Assembly (NCBI GenBank): GCA_946535985.1
Contig: CAMNDY010000005.1
Span: 4,533-68,532, forward strand
Direction: 5' to 3'
DNA length: 64,000 bases
DNA from: an uncultured Treponema sp.
GTDB taxonomy: Bacteria; Spirochaetota; Spirochaetia; Treponematales; Treponemataceae
The position numbers and the translations under genes are program-made. The notes below the pieces were generated by a model. The model ran no database searches and was not told where the DNA came from. It saw only the letters and a program-made list of their open reading frames with translations. Of the stretch, positions 38,282-49,117 are shown piece by piece (the first letter of the stretch is position 1; the number at the start of each line of letters is the position of its first letter).

Positions 38282-41032
38282 ATGAAATTGTTCTATAATC
38301 CGGCTTTTACGGGTGGGGCTTATGTGGATTTTTCGCAAAGTCCGGTTTTGTTTGATGCTAAGCTTGTTAATACGGCGGGGCTTTGTAAGGTTTTGAGGCT
38401 GCATGCAGGCCTAAGATCTTGTGAAAAGGATTATGGAGCACGATTTGTAGATTACTTCGCTGCCATGAAAAAGTTCATGGAAAAAAATCCGGGGAACCTC
38501 TTTGCGGCTTCGTTTGAAATTGACAAATTAAACACTGCAAAAAAATGTCTTGAATGGCGTGATACTCTGGCTGCGGCGGGATGGACTAAGGAAGCTCCGG
38601 CGCCTACTGAACGCACTAAGGCCCTGTGCGGTATTGAAGAATTTTTTGATGACAAATGTGCGGGTCAGGAGCTTTGGGAGCTTGTTGAGGCGGTTCGTGG
38701 TGGATGCCCGCTGCCTGAGCTTGAGCTTATTGTTCCTTCTTATTACGAGGATTTTTGTCCTGCAGAAGTTGCTCTGATTAAAGCTCTTATTGAGCGTGGT
38801 GTTGATTTTACGGCAGAGGAAGTAGAGCCGGGTCAGAATAATATTGCAAAAATCTATTCCGTGCTGCAAGGCAAGACCGGCATTGAACTGGATACTTCCG
38901 ATGATTCTTTTGAAATCTGGAACTTTGCCGAGCGTGATGAAGCTGTAAAATACTTGAGTCTTCTTGATGCTGCAGATTTTGATGTATGGATAAACGCCGA
39001 CAGCAAGGAGTTTGATAACTGGCAGAAGCTCGAAGGCAAACGTCTTAGTGGTTCAAAGATCAGCGGCATTCCCCACACTGCCCAGCTTTTAAATATTGCC
39101 CTTACAATTTTTGAACGCCCGCTTAATGTTTATAATATTGTTGAGTGGTTGAATACGAGTCCCAATCCTCTGACGCCAGGCTTTAGAAATGCGCTTGCTT
39201 ATAAAATCTGTTCTTCTGGCGGATATTACAATGATACATGCCGTGGCTATATTGAAAAATATGTGACAGAATATCCCGACAGCGCAGAAAAGATTCAGAA
39301 GTTTCTGCCAGATATTAATAATCCTGTGTTTGATGAAGGCGAGGTTGAAGTTGCGGCTATAAGGGAGTTTGTTGAAAACCTGAGCGCCTGGTGTTTGCAG
39401 AGGCTTTCGCAGAATAAAGAGGGGGACCCTGCGGTTGGGCAGCTGGGGTTTGTTGTAACTCAAGGACAGAATCTGCTGCTGCTACTGGATGAACTTGGTA
39501 CTGATACAATTCCTTACGAAGACATTGCAAGAATTACTTCTGCCTTTACTAGTGATCAGACTATGACACAGTATGAAGCGCAGGCCGGTTCTAAAAAAGT
39601 TATTACTTCTTATGCCGACTTTTGCGACCCTGCCGAAAAAACTGTCTGGTGTGATTTTTACAACTGCGGTGACAGCGGAAAGCTTACATATTCCTTCCTT
39701 GTTCCTGCAGAGTACGAAGCCTTTAAGGATAATTTGCAGCTTTGGGATACCGGGCGGGAACGAGCCTACCTTAAAAATCTTTTGCTTACCCCCTTTGTCA
39801 AAACCCGCAAAAAGCTTGTACTTGTAACGCTGGATAAGATTGGTTCCGAAGCGGCTCCCAAAAGTCCTGTCTTTATTCAGCTCGAAAAATATTTTGCAGA
39901 CAAGGAAAAGCCAAATGAGTTTGAAAAGAATAAGCTCAAGCCGTTTGTAAAACAGATTAAGCTTGATGACTCCCTATACAAAGAAGTTCGTAAAGTCGAC
40001 AACCGCATGGAAAGTGAGCAGGAGTATGTAGACATAAAAAATACGGACTATATTAAAAAGAACTGGCCGGATCATCAGAGTTCCTCTCATCTTGAAAGCT
40101 TAATGCCGTGGCCGCTTGAATATGTTATTAATAATTTTGCGGGCTTTACTGCTAATGCAGTTTCTTCTTTAAATGATTTATTCACTGTAAAAGGAAACGT
40201 AGCTCATAAGGTTATCCAGATTCTTTTTGGGCCGGTAGAAGGGGTTGCTCAAAGTGGAACCCCGGATTATATCAAAAAACAGATAGAAGAACGCTTTGAA
40301 CAGGTTTTTGAACAGACTTTGCAGGCAGAGGGTGCTATTCTTCTTACAAAGGATAACAAAGCAGAATTAAGGCAATACAAAAAAGATTTGAAAAACTGTC
40401 TTGATGAACTTTTAAAAGGAATTGCTGCAAATAATCTTGTAGTGTATGCCTGCGAAAATGAGATGGGTTATTTACAAGAAAACGACCAGATTGTACGTCA
40501 TGGAAAAATTGATAATCTTGATATAAAAGCCTTTGTGGATATGATTCTAAAGGACAAGGATGGAAATCTTTTTATCTTTGATTTTAAATGGTCATCCGTA
40601 AAAAAATATACAAAGAAACTCAAAGAAAACAAATCGGTTCAGCTCACCTTGTATAAAAAACTCATAGAAAATGAGCTTAAGGCTAATGTAAAAGGTGCTG
40701 CTTACTTTATTATGCCTGATGCAAAATTTCTTTCATGCTATCAATTTGCAGGTGACTTTAACTTTCAGCAGATATTTATTGAACCGGAACGAAAACCCGC
40801 AAATCTTCTAAAAGAAGTACAGAATACCTACGAGTTCCGTAAAGGGCAGATTTTTGACGGACATCTGGAAGAAACAAGTAACTGGGACGAAGGTACCATG
40901 GAATACGAAGGGCTTATTACAGATAAAGGCCTCATTCCTGTGGATTTTTATGAAAACAAAACGGAACATGTGTTTAGAAAAAACGGGGCGTATCCAGATC
41001 CAAATATGGATCTTTTAAAGGACAGAAAGTAG
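38282..41032 (+). CDS. AddB-like protein with a C-terminal PD-(D/E)xK nuclease
   Basis: GNVAH, VDMIL...IFDFKWS and VQLTLY motifs; directly precedes the AddA-like gene. Confidence 0.78.
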   Translation: MKLFYNPAFTGGAYVDFSQSPVLFDAKLVNTAGLCKVLRLHAGLRSCEKDYGARFVDYFAAMKKFMEKNPGNLFAASFEIDKLNTAKKCLEWRDTLAAAGWTKEAPAPTERTKALCGIEEFFDDKCAGQELWELVEAVRGGCPLPELELIVPSYYEDFCPAEVALIKALIERGVDFTAEEVEPGQNNIAKIYSVLQGKTGIELDTSDDSFEIWNFAERDEAVKYLSLLDAADFDVWINADSKEFDNWQKLEGKRLSGSKISGIPHTAQLLNIALTIFERPLNVYNIVEWLNTSPNPLTPGFRNALAYKICSSGGYYNDTCRGYIEKYVTEYPDSAEKIQKFLPDINNPVFDEGEVEVAAIREFVENLSAWCLQRLSQNKEGDPAVGQLGFVVTQGQNLLLLLDELGTDTIPYEDIARITSAFTSDQTMTQYEAQAGSKKVITSYADFCDPAEKTVWCDFYNCGDSGKLTYSFLVPAEYEAFKDNLQLWDTGRERAYLKNLLLTPFVKTRKKLVLVTLDKIGSEAAPKSPVFIQLEKYFADKEKPNEFEKNKLKPFVKQIKLDDSLYKEVRKVDNRMESEQEYVDIKNTDYIKKNWPDHQSSSHLESLMPWPLEYVINNFAGFTANAVSSLNDLFTVKGNVAHKVIQILFGPVEGVAQSGTPDYIKKQIEERFEQVFEQTLQAEGAILLTKDNKAELRQYKKDLKNCLDELLKGIAANNLVVYACENEMGYLQENDQIVRHGKIDNLDIKAFVDMILKDKDGNLFIFDFKWSSVKKYTKKLKENKSVQLTLYKKLIENELKANVKGAAYFIMPDAKFLSCYQFAGDFNFQQIFIEPERKPANLLKEVQNTYEFRKGQIFDGHLEETSNWDEGTMEYEGLITDKGLIPVDFYENKTEHVFRKNGAYPDPNMDLLKDRK

Positions 41033-41044
41033 GGGGGAGCAAAA

Positions 41045-44000
41045 ATGAAAAATGTAAAATATATTAGTGCCAGTGCAGGTAGCGGAAAAACTTACACTCT
41101 TACCTTAGCTCTTACAGACGCGGTTAGGAATGGCGATGTTGAACCCGAAAATGTAATTCTTACAACCTTTACAAAAGCCGCCGCTGCAGAGTTTAAAGCA
41201 AAAGCAAAAGCAATGTTTTATGAAAACGGACTTTTGGAACAGGCAGACCGTCTGGATCAGGCCTTGATTGGAACAATCCATAGTGTTGCTCAGGCTATGA
41301 TTATTAAGTACTGGTATGTACTTGGCATAAGTCCTCAGATTAATCCTATGGCAGAAGAAAATCAGCAGTTTTATAAAAATCAGTCGCTGATAAATCTGCT
41401 TGATGAAGAAGACCAGACTTTTATTACTGATTTTGCAAAAGAGTTTTCTTTGCCGGATTGGGATTTCTGGAAAGGTGATTTATCTAAAATTACTGATTAT
41501 GCAACAAACTACGGTATTACAGATTTTACTAACAGTATCAAATATTCAAAAGACGTTACAAAGAAATTTCTTCATGGCGAACATCACATTAAAGTTAATA
41601 AGGATGCCCTGAAAGATTTGCTTGATAAGGCCCAGACAATTAATGAAGCTACCGAGTCTGATGAGCAGGAAGAACTGCGTTTTTTGATAAACACTCACAA
41701 AAGATATCTTAGTCAAAGAGATGCTTCTTCGTTTGCATATGCCAAAGAAGTTCTTGAATTACTTGGACAGATTAACTTTACAGAAACAGAAGATGATGTA
41801 AATGATATTGCCGCCAGCCTGAGTGATTTATATGCAACAGAAGAAGTACACTCAAAAGTTGACGCTTATATCGACTGGATTTTTAAGCTTGCGCAGAAAT
41901 GGGCCGGACTTTATAAAGATTATAAAAAAGAAAATCAGCTTATTGACTTTAATGATATGGAGCAGATGTTCTACGAATTACTGCAGAATGACAAGGTTGC
42001 AGCAGATATAAAAGCAACTTACAAATATGCTTTTGTAGATGAATTCCAGGACTGTTCTCCAATGCAGGTTAAGATTTTTGACAAACTGTCGCAGATTGTA
42101 GAACACAATATCTGGGTGGGCGACAAGAAGCAGGCTATTTACGGCTTCCGCGGTTCCGATGCAGCCCTTACAGAATCTGTTATGAATATTATTCAAGACA
42201 ATAAAAACAAGGGTTTGGATGGATGTTCTACAGATATTTTGGGTAACAGCTGGCGCTCTGTTCCGGAAATTGTAAATTTTACGAATGCGGTTTATGAAAA
42301 GATTTTTAACAAAACGACCAAAGAAGAGAAGGATGAAGTTCATCTTGAGCCGGTAAGAAAGGATCATGGAAAAGTTGGATTCTGGTGGCTTACAGAAGGC
42401 CGGGCAGAAGACCGCGCAGTTAGTATTGCTGCAAACATTATTGATTTATTGAACAAGGGAGAAAAAACATGTGATATTGCGGTGTTGGGAAGAAACAAAG
42501 ATCATTTCACAGGGATTGCAAATGTGCTGCGGGAACATGATGTTCCTGTTTACATTAATGAAGACCAGATGTCTGGTACTTACACAGTCAGGCTTGTAAT
42601 TGCAATTTTGCAGCTTATAGAAGATGAAAGCGCAGAATATCCAAAAGCACATATTGCTTTTTTGACAGAGCCCGGCCACAAGCTTGAAGACCTTATTGAT
42701 GACAAGCTGGCCTTTAATTCCAAGGGTGATAAAGACGCCGGCTTCTATGATGACATTCCGCTTGTAAAAAAAGTACTTGAAATTCGGGAGCAGTACAAAC
42801 TTCAGTCTATTTCGGCAATGGTGCAGGGACTCATTATTGAACTTGATTTATTCAATGTTGCAAAAAAACTTAATGATGCTGCCGATTCTTCAAAGCTTCT
42901 TCATGCAATTATTGATTCTGCGGCTGCCTACGAAGATAACTGCGTAATGATGAATCTGCCTTCTTCAATTACTGGCTTTATTGAATATATCAATCAGAAT
43001 GAAATTTCGGTTTCGGGGGCAACAGAGGGAGTTCAGTTTTATACCTTCCATAAGTCAAAGGGCCTGGAATGGAAAACTGTTATTGTTTTGAGCTGTGATT
43101 ATAATTATTGGGATGAGCACAGAATGCTTAAACGCGAATACTTTGGAGTTGATTTTGTAAGACTTGCGGCTCCTACAAAAGAAAACCTGTTCCCGGAAGT
43201 TGTTATAAGTGTGCTTCCAAATATCTTTGGTCTAAAAAAAGCTTCTCCAGAATGGCTTATACCAATTCAGAATACAGACCGATATTCTTTTATCAATACA
43301 AGGCTCAAAGAAGAAATGAAGCGCCTTTTTTATGTTGCCATGACCCGACCAAGAGACAACCTTATTCTTGCTCTTAATGGAAAGGGCAAAAATCCTAAGC
43401 CTATCGAATCGTTTGTAAGAATGGGCTTTCAGTTTACTGGTGATTATTCCGGTGACTTCTGTGATTTGTTTGACGCTGGAGCTCCAGCAGAACGCTTTCC
43501 CAATGTTGATCCTGATATTGAATACGAGCATGATAAACCAAAAAAACTGTTGATAAAACTGGAAGGCAAACAGGAAAAAGATGTTCCATCCCGAGAGCTA
43601 CAGCCAAGCGGTATGCCTGGTGGAGATGTTCAGGCAGAATTGATTGACTGCGGGGACCCTATTTCTGTTACTGGCTCTTGTGATACCTCCGTTCTTGGTA
43701 CCTGTGTTCACGACATCTTCTGTGTTGCAGATAACAAGACTGATGAAGAGATTGCTGATATGGTTAAGGTTTATGGTTTTGAAGAAAATCTTCCTGCATG
43801 TGGTGAAATCAAGGCCTCGTGGTGTGCTCTTACCCATTGGTTGCAGTCGTCTTTTGGCCCCGCCCAAAAACAATACCACGAATTACCATTCAAACACCAG
43901 TTGGAAAACGGTCAGATAGTAACCGGAAGCATAGACTTTGTCTGGGAGACTGCTGAGGGTTGCCTTGTAGTGGATTACAAAACAACAAAGACCAACCGCG

Positions 44001-44149
44001 ATGCCCTGCTAAATAAAGGCACAGACGTTTACGTTGGTAAGTACAAGGGCCAGATTGAATGCTATGAGCAGGCATTGGTGGCTGCAGGTAAAAAAGTTCT
44101 TGGTAAATACTTGTACTATCCGATGGTGGGCGTGCTGGTGAAGATGTAA
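41045..44149 (+). CDS. AddA-like UvrD helicase-nuclease
   Basis: ASAGSGKT, VDEFQD, GDKKQAIYGFRG, TFHKSKGLEW and YVAMTR; C-terminal GSID...VDYKT. Confidence 0.9.
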   Translation: MKNVKYISASAGSGKTYTLTLALTDAVRNGDVEPENVILTTFTKAAAAEFKAKAKAMFYENGLLEQADRLDQALIGTIHSVAQAMIIKYWYVLGISPQINPMAEENQQFYKNQSLINLLDEEDQTFITDFAKEFSLPDWDFWKGDLSKITDYATNYGITDFTNSIKYSKDVTKKFLHGEHHIKVNKDALKDLLDKAQTINEATESDEQEELRFLINTHKRYLSQRDASSFAYAKEVLELLGQINFTETEDDVNDIAASLSDLYATEEVHSKVDAYIDWIFKLAQKWAGLYKDYKKENQLIDFNDMEQMFYELLQNDKVAADIKATYKYAFVDEFQDCSPMQVKIFDKLSQIVEHNIWVGDKKQAIYGFRGSDAALTESVMNIIQDNKNKGLDGCSTDILGNSWRSVPEIVNFTNAVYEKIFNKTTKEEKDEVHLEPVRKDHGKVGFWWLTEGRAEDRAVSIAANIIDLLNKGEKTCDIAVLGRNKDHFTGIANVLREHDVPVYINEDQMSGTYTVRLVIAILQLIEDESAEYPKAHIAFLTEPGHKLEDLIDDKLAFNSKGDKDAGFYDDIPLVKKVLEIREQYKLQSISAMVQGLIIELDLFNVAKKLNDAADSSKLLHAIIDSAAAYEDNCVMMNLPSSITGFIEYINQNEISVSGATEGVQFYTFHKSKGLEWKTVIVLSCDYNYWDEHRMLKREYFGVDFVRLAAPTKENLFPEVVISVLPNIFGLKKASPEWLIPIQNTDRYSFINTRLKEEMKRLFYVAMTRPRDNLILALNGKGKNPKPIESFVRMGFQFTGDYSGDFCDLFDAGAPAERFPNVDPDIEYEHDKPKKLLIKLEGKQEKDVPSRELQPSGMPGGDVQAELIDCGDPISVTGSCDTSVLGTCVHDIFCVADNKTDEEIADMVKVYGFEENLPACGEIKASWCALTHWLQSSFGPAQKQYHELPFKHQLENGQIVTGSIDFVWETAEGCLVVDYKTTKTNRDALLNKGTDVYVGKYKGQIECYEQALVAAGKKVLGKYLYYPMVGVLVKM

Positions 44150-44162
44150 TTTTTTTTATAAT

Positions 44163-44194
44163 TATCACCAAATGAGAGTCTTAACACCTATATT
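44163..44194 (+). promoter_or_regulatory. Regulon site TATCA-CCAAA-TGAGAG-N10-TATATT
   Basis: Exact motif upstream of the SNF2 helicase. Confidence 0.78.
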
Positions 44195-44211
44195 ATATAT
44201 AGAGGTATTTT

Positions 44212-46929
44212 TTGGTGCTAAAACCCTTTCCCGACATACATTTTTCAATTCATTCTATTCTCATAAAAAAGCTGGCAGAAGCCGGGCTTGATTTGAAAAA
44301 GGCATTTTTTCATTGGATTTGCAGGGGGGCGGCAGAAGCAGAGGAAACTGAGAGTGATAGTTATGATCAGATTTTCTGGCTGGAATCTCCAATTTCTAAG
44401 ACAGATTTTCCTGAAGGAATTGAATGGCGCGATGTTCGCGATTATGCAGAAGCTTTGCCGCTAAAAAAGAAATCACTCAGTCAGACAGAAAACGAAGAAT
44501 ATAAAATCCTGCGTATGGAAACTGCGGAAACTTTGTTTGACCGCTTTTTGCACGAGGGGCTTAACAATGAGCAGAAGACCCTGGTGGAGGATGTCTGGAA
44601 TCAAACCTACAATTCATTCCCTCAGGTCGATTATAAAAATTTTGATTATTCGCTTTACGGATTTTCTGAAACTTATAACGGCAAGCCTTTTGTTTTTCAT
44701 GAACAGCAGACAAAAGGAATGGCCTTTCTTTGTACAAAAGAAAACGGGCTTCTGGCTTATGATGTAGGAGTTGGAAAAACTGCAACAGGAATTGCTTCTG
44801 TAATTTATCAGATGCAGCATGGCAAGTGTGAGCGTCCGCTTATAATTGTGCCAAAGGCTGTTTATTCAAAATGGGTGCATGACATTAAAGAACTGTTTCC
44901 GTGCATTCCGCTTAATGAACTTGAAAACTTGAATAATGATGTTATTGACCGGCTTCGCATGGATTCGGTTTTTGCTGATGACAACGAAGGATTTTTACTG
45001 CCAAAGAATTCTATTTCTGTCTGCACTGCCGAAGGAACAGAAAAGATTCTTTTTAATGAAAACAGTTGTGATTATTTGCGTCAGAGTTTTCGTCATATTC
45101 TTACAAAAGAAAAAGTTGAAGAAGCTTTGATTCCGCCAAAAGAACTTTCGCTGGAGCAGTTTGTTTATGCAGAAAAACTTGGAATAGATCTTTTGCTGGT
45201 TGATGAAGCTCATCGATATAAAAATCTCATAAAAAGGGTAACAGGCTGCGGGCATTCTGAATTTACAAAGCTTGGTTATGGAGAGCCGTCTGTAAGGGCA
45301 GTAAAGATGTTTGCACTTACGGAATATATTCATCATGTGAGCAATGGGAAAAATGTATTTTTTCTTTCTGCAACGCCTTTTACAAATTCTCCTATGGAAA
45401 TTTATTCAACGCTGCTTTTTATTGGTGGGGAAGAGCTCAGAAAAATTGGTTATGAAAATATCAACGACTTTTTGAATGAGTTTGCAGAAATAAAAATTGA
45501 ATGGTCGGTGAATAATAAAAATCAGGTTGTGCGTAAAACCGTGATGAAAAATTTCCGGTCGCTTGATGCCCTGCAGCATCTTATTCAACATTATATTGAT
45601 AAGGTAGATGCCGAAGAAGCAAAAATCAACAGACCGCAGAAAGAAACTCATGTTGTAAAAATTGAAATGACAGATTTACAAAAAGAGATGTACGATTATG
45701 AGATTGAACAGATTTCCGAAACAAATCAACTTGGAAAAATCTTTGCCGGAATGAATGCCATGCGCATGCTCATGATTTCTCCTGTGTTGGTAACAGGTCC
45801 TGCCGGTAAAATCAAAATTCCTCCTATGGACAAATTTGTTACTTCATCTCCAAAGCTAATGCTTGTATCCGCTGTGATTTTAAACGTGTACAAAGCAAGA
45901 CCCGAATGTGGGCAGATTATTTATCTTCCTCGCGGTGTAAAGGAATCTTCATTGCTAAAGCAGTATCTGGAGCGGCAGGGAATCCCGGGAGAAGCAATTG
46001 CAATGATAAATTCCGGCACAACAGAAAAACGAAAACTCAAAATCACACAGGCCTTTAATGATCCTGATGCTTTACTAAAAATCCTCATTGGTTCAGAAAC
46101 AATAAGCGAAGGTGTTGATTTAAACGGAAACACTCTTGTCTTGTACAACTGTATGCTCGGCTGGAATCCTACGGAACCTGTGCAGGTCGAAGGCCGTTTA
46201 TGGAGACAGGGAAACCGTCAGAAGAAGGTACATATTGTTTATCCGCTTATGTATAATTCCCTGGATTCTTTGATTTACCAGAAGCACGACGAAAAGGCCA
46301 GCCGCATTGATGCTGTGTGGAGCTATCGTGGAGACAGAATCAATGTGGAAGAAATAAATCCCGAAGAGCTAAAGTTTGATTTAATAAAATCTCCGGAAAT
46401 GAAGGCTAGCCTTGTCATAGAGCATGAGGCTATCCCTGTAAAACGCAAACTCAGAATCATAGAAGAAACCCGGGCTTTGATTACTCAGGCTCAGGGAAGA
46501 TATTCAAGCATTGTAAAAGAAAATGCCGCATTGCAAAAGCAGATTGAAAAAAACGAAAATGATATTAAGGCCGTCGTTGCAATGAACAAAGACAAGCCCG
46601 AAGTCTTTAATTTTTTTGCACAGACTTTAAAAGATATGGCGACCAAAGAAATTGAAGAGCTCCAAAAGAAAATCGATTCCAACAACAAGAAAAAGGCCCG
46701 CATGGAAGCCAACATCGAAAACAAAATCAAGCTTGCCGGTGGCACTACAATTGAACAGCTTGATGAAGAGGAAGCCTCCTTAAAAAACCAGCTCCTGATT
46801 ATCCAGGGCAAAAAAGACAAACTGGTCCAGTTGTACACCGCCCAATACCAGGCCGAAAGTCAGACAAAGCTTCACAGCGTAGATGCTGTTGTTGAGGAAT
46901 TGACGGGGAAGATTTTGGGATGTGATTAA
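44212..46929 (+). CDS. SNF2-like SF2 helicase (DarB-type helicase module) with a coiled-coil tail
   Basis: LAYDVGVGKT, DEAHRYKN, SATPFTNS, EGVDL and QVEGRLWRQGN motifs. Confidence 0.85.
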   Translation: MVLKPFPDIHFSIHSILIKKLAEAGLDLKKAFFHWICRGAAEAEETESDSYDQIFWLESPISKTDFPEGIEWRDVRDYAEALPLKKKSLSQTENEEYKILRMETAETLFDRFLHEGLNNEQKTLVEDVWNQTYNSFPQVDYKNFDYSLYGFSETYNGKPFVFHEQQTKGMAFLCTKENGLLAYDVGVGKTATGIASVIYQMQHGKCERPLIIVPKAVYSKWVHDIKELFPCIPLNELENLNNDVIDRLRMDSVFADDNEGFLLPKNSISVCTAEGTEKILFNENSCDYLRQSFRHILTKEKVEEALIPPKELSLEQFVYAEKLGIDLLLVDEAHRYKNLIKRVTGCGHSEFTKLGYGEPSVRAVKMFALTEYIHHVSNGKNVFFLSATPFTNSPMEIYSTLLFIGGEELRKIGYENINDFLNEFAEIKIEWSVNNKNQVVRKTVMKNFRSLDALQHLIQHYIDKVDAEEAKINRPQKETHVVKIEMTDLQKEMYDYEIEQISETNQLGKIFAGMNAMRMLMISPVLVTGPAGKIKIPPMDKFVTSSPKLMLVSAVILNVYKARPECGQIIYLPRGVKESSLLKQYLERQGIPGEAIAMINSGTTEKRKLKITQAFNDPDALLKILIGSETISEGVDLNGNTLVLYNCMLGWNPTEPVQVEGRLWRQGNRQKKVHIVYPLMYNSLDSLIYQKHDEKASRIDAVWSYRGDRINVEEINPEELKFDLIKSPEMKASLVIEHEAIPVKRKLRIIEETRALITQAQGRYSSIVKENAALQKQIEKNENDIKAVVAMNKDKPEVFNFFAQTLKDMATKEIEELQKKIDSNNKKKARMEANIENKIKLAGGTTIEQLDEEEASLKNQLLIIQGKKDKLVQLYTAQYQAESQTKLHSVDAVVEELTGKILGCD

Positions 46930-46931
46930 AT

Positions 46932-46963
46932 TATCATGAAATGAGAGCGCGGAATTGTATTGT
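46932..46963 (+). promoter_or_regulatory. Regulon site TATCA-N5-TGAGAG-N10-TATTGT
   Basis: Motif upstream of the flhA-N gene. Confidence 0.72.
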
Positions 46964-46993
46964 TATAGGTAATTGATTTTTGTGGAGGTCAAT

Positions 46994-47716
46994 ATGAAGT
47001 TTTATTTACCCGTAGGATTAGTTATATTGGTTTTGTTGTTCGTACCAATTCCTGCGCTTGCAGTTGATATTTTTTATTTGCTCACATGGATGTTTGCTGC
47101 GTTCATTCTTTTTACAGAAATTAAATATGGAAACGAGTTGAGGTCACTACCCAGATTATTGCTTTTTGCCGGTCTAGTGATTCTTGCGGTTTCAATATCA
47201 TTTACAAGAGCAATCCTAAATGACGACAGGAGCGTTCTCTACAAATATATATCCGTATTAAACTATAATTTCATCGTAAATATTTTTACAGCAGTTGCAA
47301 TCATGAGTACGTTGTTTGTCTTGACAAACATGGGTGTCAGTAGAATAGTCGTAGTCGCTTTGAATTTTTCTTTGGATACTATGTCTCAGCGATTATTTGA
47401 TGTAGATAATGAACTTAGCAAAGGAGTCATTTCCCCTGAAGAAGCTGCCCAAAAGAAAAAAGAGATCCAGCAGGATATTGATTATTGCAACAGTATGGAA
47501 GGCGCCGCAAAGTTTCTGACAGGTACAGCAAAGGCTCTGATTTTTGTATATGTTGTCTCTTTGTCTGGAGGCACCCTTTTCGGAATTATTTACAACGCGC
47601 AACCCTGGCAGGAAGCTTTACTGCAGTATTCTTTCCTGGCACTTTTGAATGTAATTCTTTATACAGTTCCACTGATTATTCTGGATATTACAGCTATTCA
47701 TGATATTCAACATTAA
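46994..47716 (+). CDS. FlhA transmembrane (FHIPEP N-terminal) domain-only protein
   Basis: LPRLLL, ISFTRAIL, FSLDTM...VDNELSKGVIS.EEA..KK and SMEGAAKF follow the FlhA TM signature. Confidence 0.8.
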   Translation: MKFYLPVGLVILVLLFVPIPALAVDIFYLLTWMFAAFILFTEIKYGNELRSLPRLLLFAGLVILAVSISFTRAILNDDRSVLYKYISVLNYNFIVNIFTAVAIMSTLFVLTNMGVSRIVVVALNFSLDTMSQRLFDVDNELSKGVISPEEAAQKKKEIQQDIDYCNSMEGAAKFLTGTAKALIFVYVVSLSGGTLFGIIYNAQPWQEALLQYSFLALLNVILYTVPLIILDITAIHDIQH

Positions 47717-47783
47717 AAAAGAGGAAATTGATATTACAAGTAAAACAACAGTCTCTAGAGATATAACTATGGAAAAATCTTTA

Positions 47784-48971
47784 TTATTCTATTCCCCACC
47801 AAGAATGTAAAATATGGGATGAAAGTTTGTAACCCACACCGTCCTCCCAATATTTATCTTTTCCTTCATCTCTTATTGCTCTTAAAAACCAAGAATCAAC
47901 ACAGACTACTGATTTATAACCATCTTGGTTCACGGGATTTCCATAAACTTTAGAGAGATTTTCTTTTTTAGAGGAACCATATATAAATGTATTTGTGGAC
48001 AAATCTTGTACATATAGATCTCTCGTTACACACTCATCTTTATATCTGACTCCAAAATTTTTTGGTGTTTTTAATACATCATTTTTCCATTGATCAATAT
48101 CTTTATAATCAGCTTTTCCATCATATAGAAGTTTTACTTTCTCTTTTCCACCTTTATATATATCAATAAACAAATTCATAAAAAGAGTAAGATTAATATT
48201 ATCCATGAATTCTTGTGCTGCAAGCGTTCTCTTTCTTAATTCTTCTCTTGTAAGGTTGCCATATTGAGCAAAATATTCTAATGAAGTTTCTTGAGTCATA
48301 TTAAATACCTCTTTTCTTTGATTCGTTATTCCCTTTACTACGTCTATATATTGTATTAATCCAGATTTTAATTCTGGTTCAAATTCCCTTGTATGTAATT
48401 GCTGAAGCCAAAACAAAATATCCTCTTTATAAGAAAGAGATATATATCTTTTATTTTTTATAAGGTTATTTAATTCTTGTTTTGAAATAGAGTTTTCGGA
48501 GGGTTTTCTGCCATCAGGAGTTAGATAAACTACTAATATTTTCTTAATATTTGAATAATTGTTTTCAACAAAAGAAATATAATCAGATATTTGTTTAAAT
48601 AAATCTTTAGCATTGATTTTGTTTTCAAGTATTATCAGATCGCTCTCGGTTTCAATAAATAAATCCATGCGACGGGCTTCATCTGTTGATGTTTCTCTTT
48701 TTACAGAAACAATTGAGGATCCTATTACCCCTAAATGTTTTTCTTTTAAGATAGATAGAAACTTCTCTCCATATTCTGGGTGATGATGTTTTTCCGATGA
48801 ATCAAGGAGAAATCCTAAAATGTTACTATGTTGATTCTCAAGATGATGACGATTCATAATTTCTGCAATATTCATCGTTCCAGGTGATTCTTTTCTTTTT
48901 GTTTTTACATTTGAATTTATCTTTTGCACGGAAAAACAAATTTCTTCAAATATTTTATGATTATTATTCAT
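47784..48971 (-). CDS. PD-(D/E)xK nuclease family protein (PDDEXK_4-like)
   Basis: ENQHSNILGFLLD, RRMDLFIE...IILENKINA and VYLTPDG motifs. Confidence 0.82.
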   Translation of the reverse strand: MNNNHKIFEEICFSVQKINSNVKTKRKESPGTMNIAEIMNRHHLENQHSNILGFLLDSSEKHHHPEYGEKFLSILKEKHLGVIGSSIVSVKRETSTDEARRMDLFIETESDLIILENKINAKDLFKQISDYISFVENNYSNIKKILVVYLTPDGRKPSENSISKQELNNLIKNKRYISLSYKEDILFWLQQLHTREFEPELKSGLIQYIDVVKGITNQRKEVFNMTQETSLEYFAQYGNLTREELRKRTLAAQEFMDNINLTLFMNLFIDIYKGGKEKVKLLYDGKADYKDIDQWKNDVLKTPKNFGVRYKDECVTRDLYVQDLSTNTFIYGSSKKENLSKVYGNPVNQDGYKSVVCVDSWFLRAIRDEGKDKYWEDGVGYKLSSHILHSWWGIE

Positions 48972-49032
48972 ATTTAAATATAATAACACATAATAATTGG
49001 TTTTGTGGGAAAAAAATAACGGCAAAGATTAC

Positions 49033-49064
49033 TATCATGAAATGAGAGAGATGGAATGTATATT
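49033..49064 (+). promoter_or_regulatory. Regulon site TATCA-N5-TGAGAG-N10-TATATT
   Basis: Exact motif. Confidence 0.75.
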
Positions 49065-49117
49065 GTATGTTATGAACTATTCAATTCACAAAATAATCAA
49101 GGAGGAAAAATCCCAAA

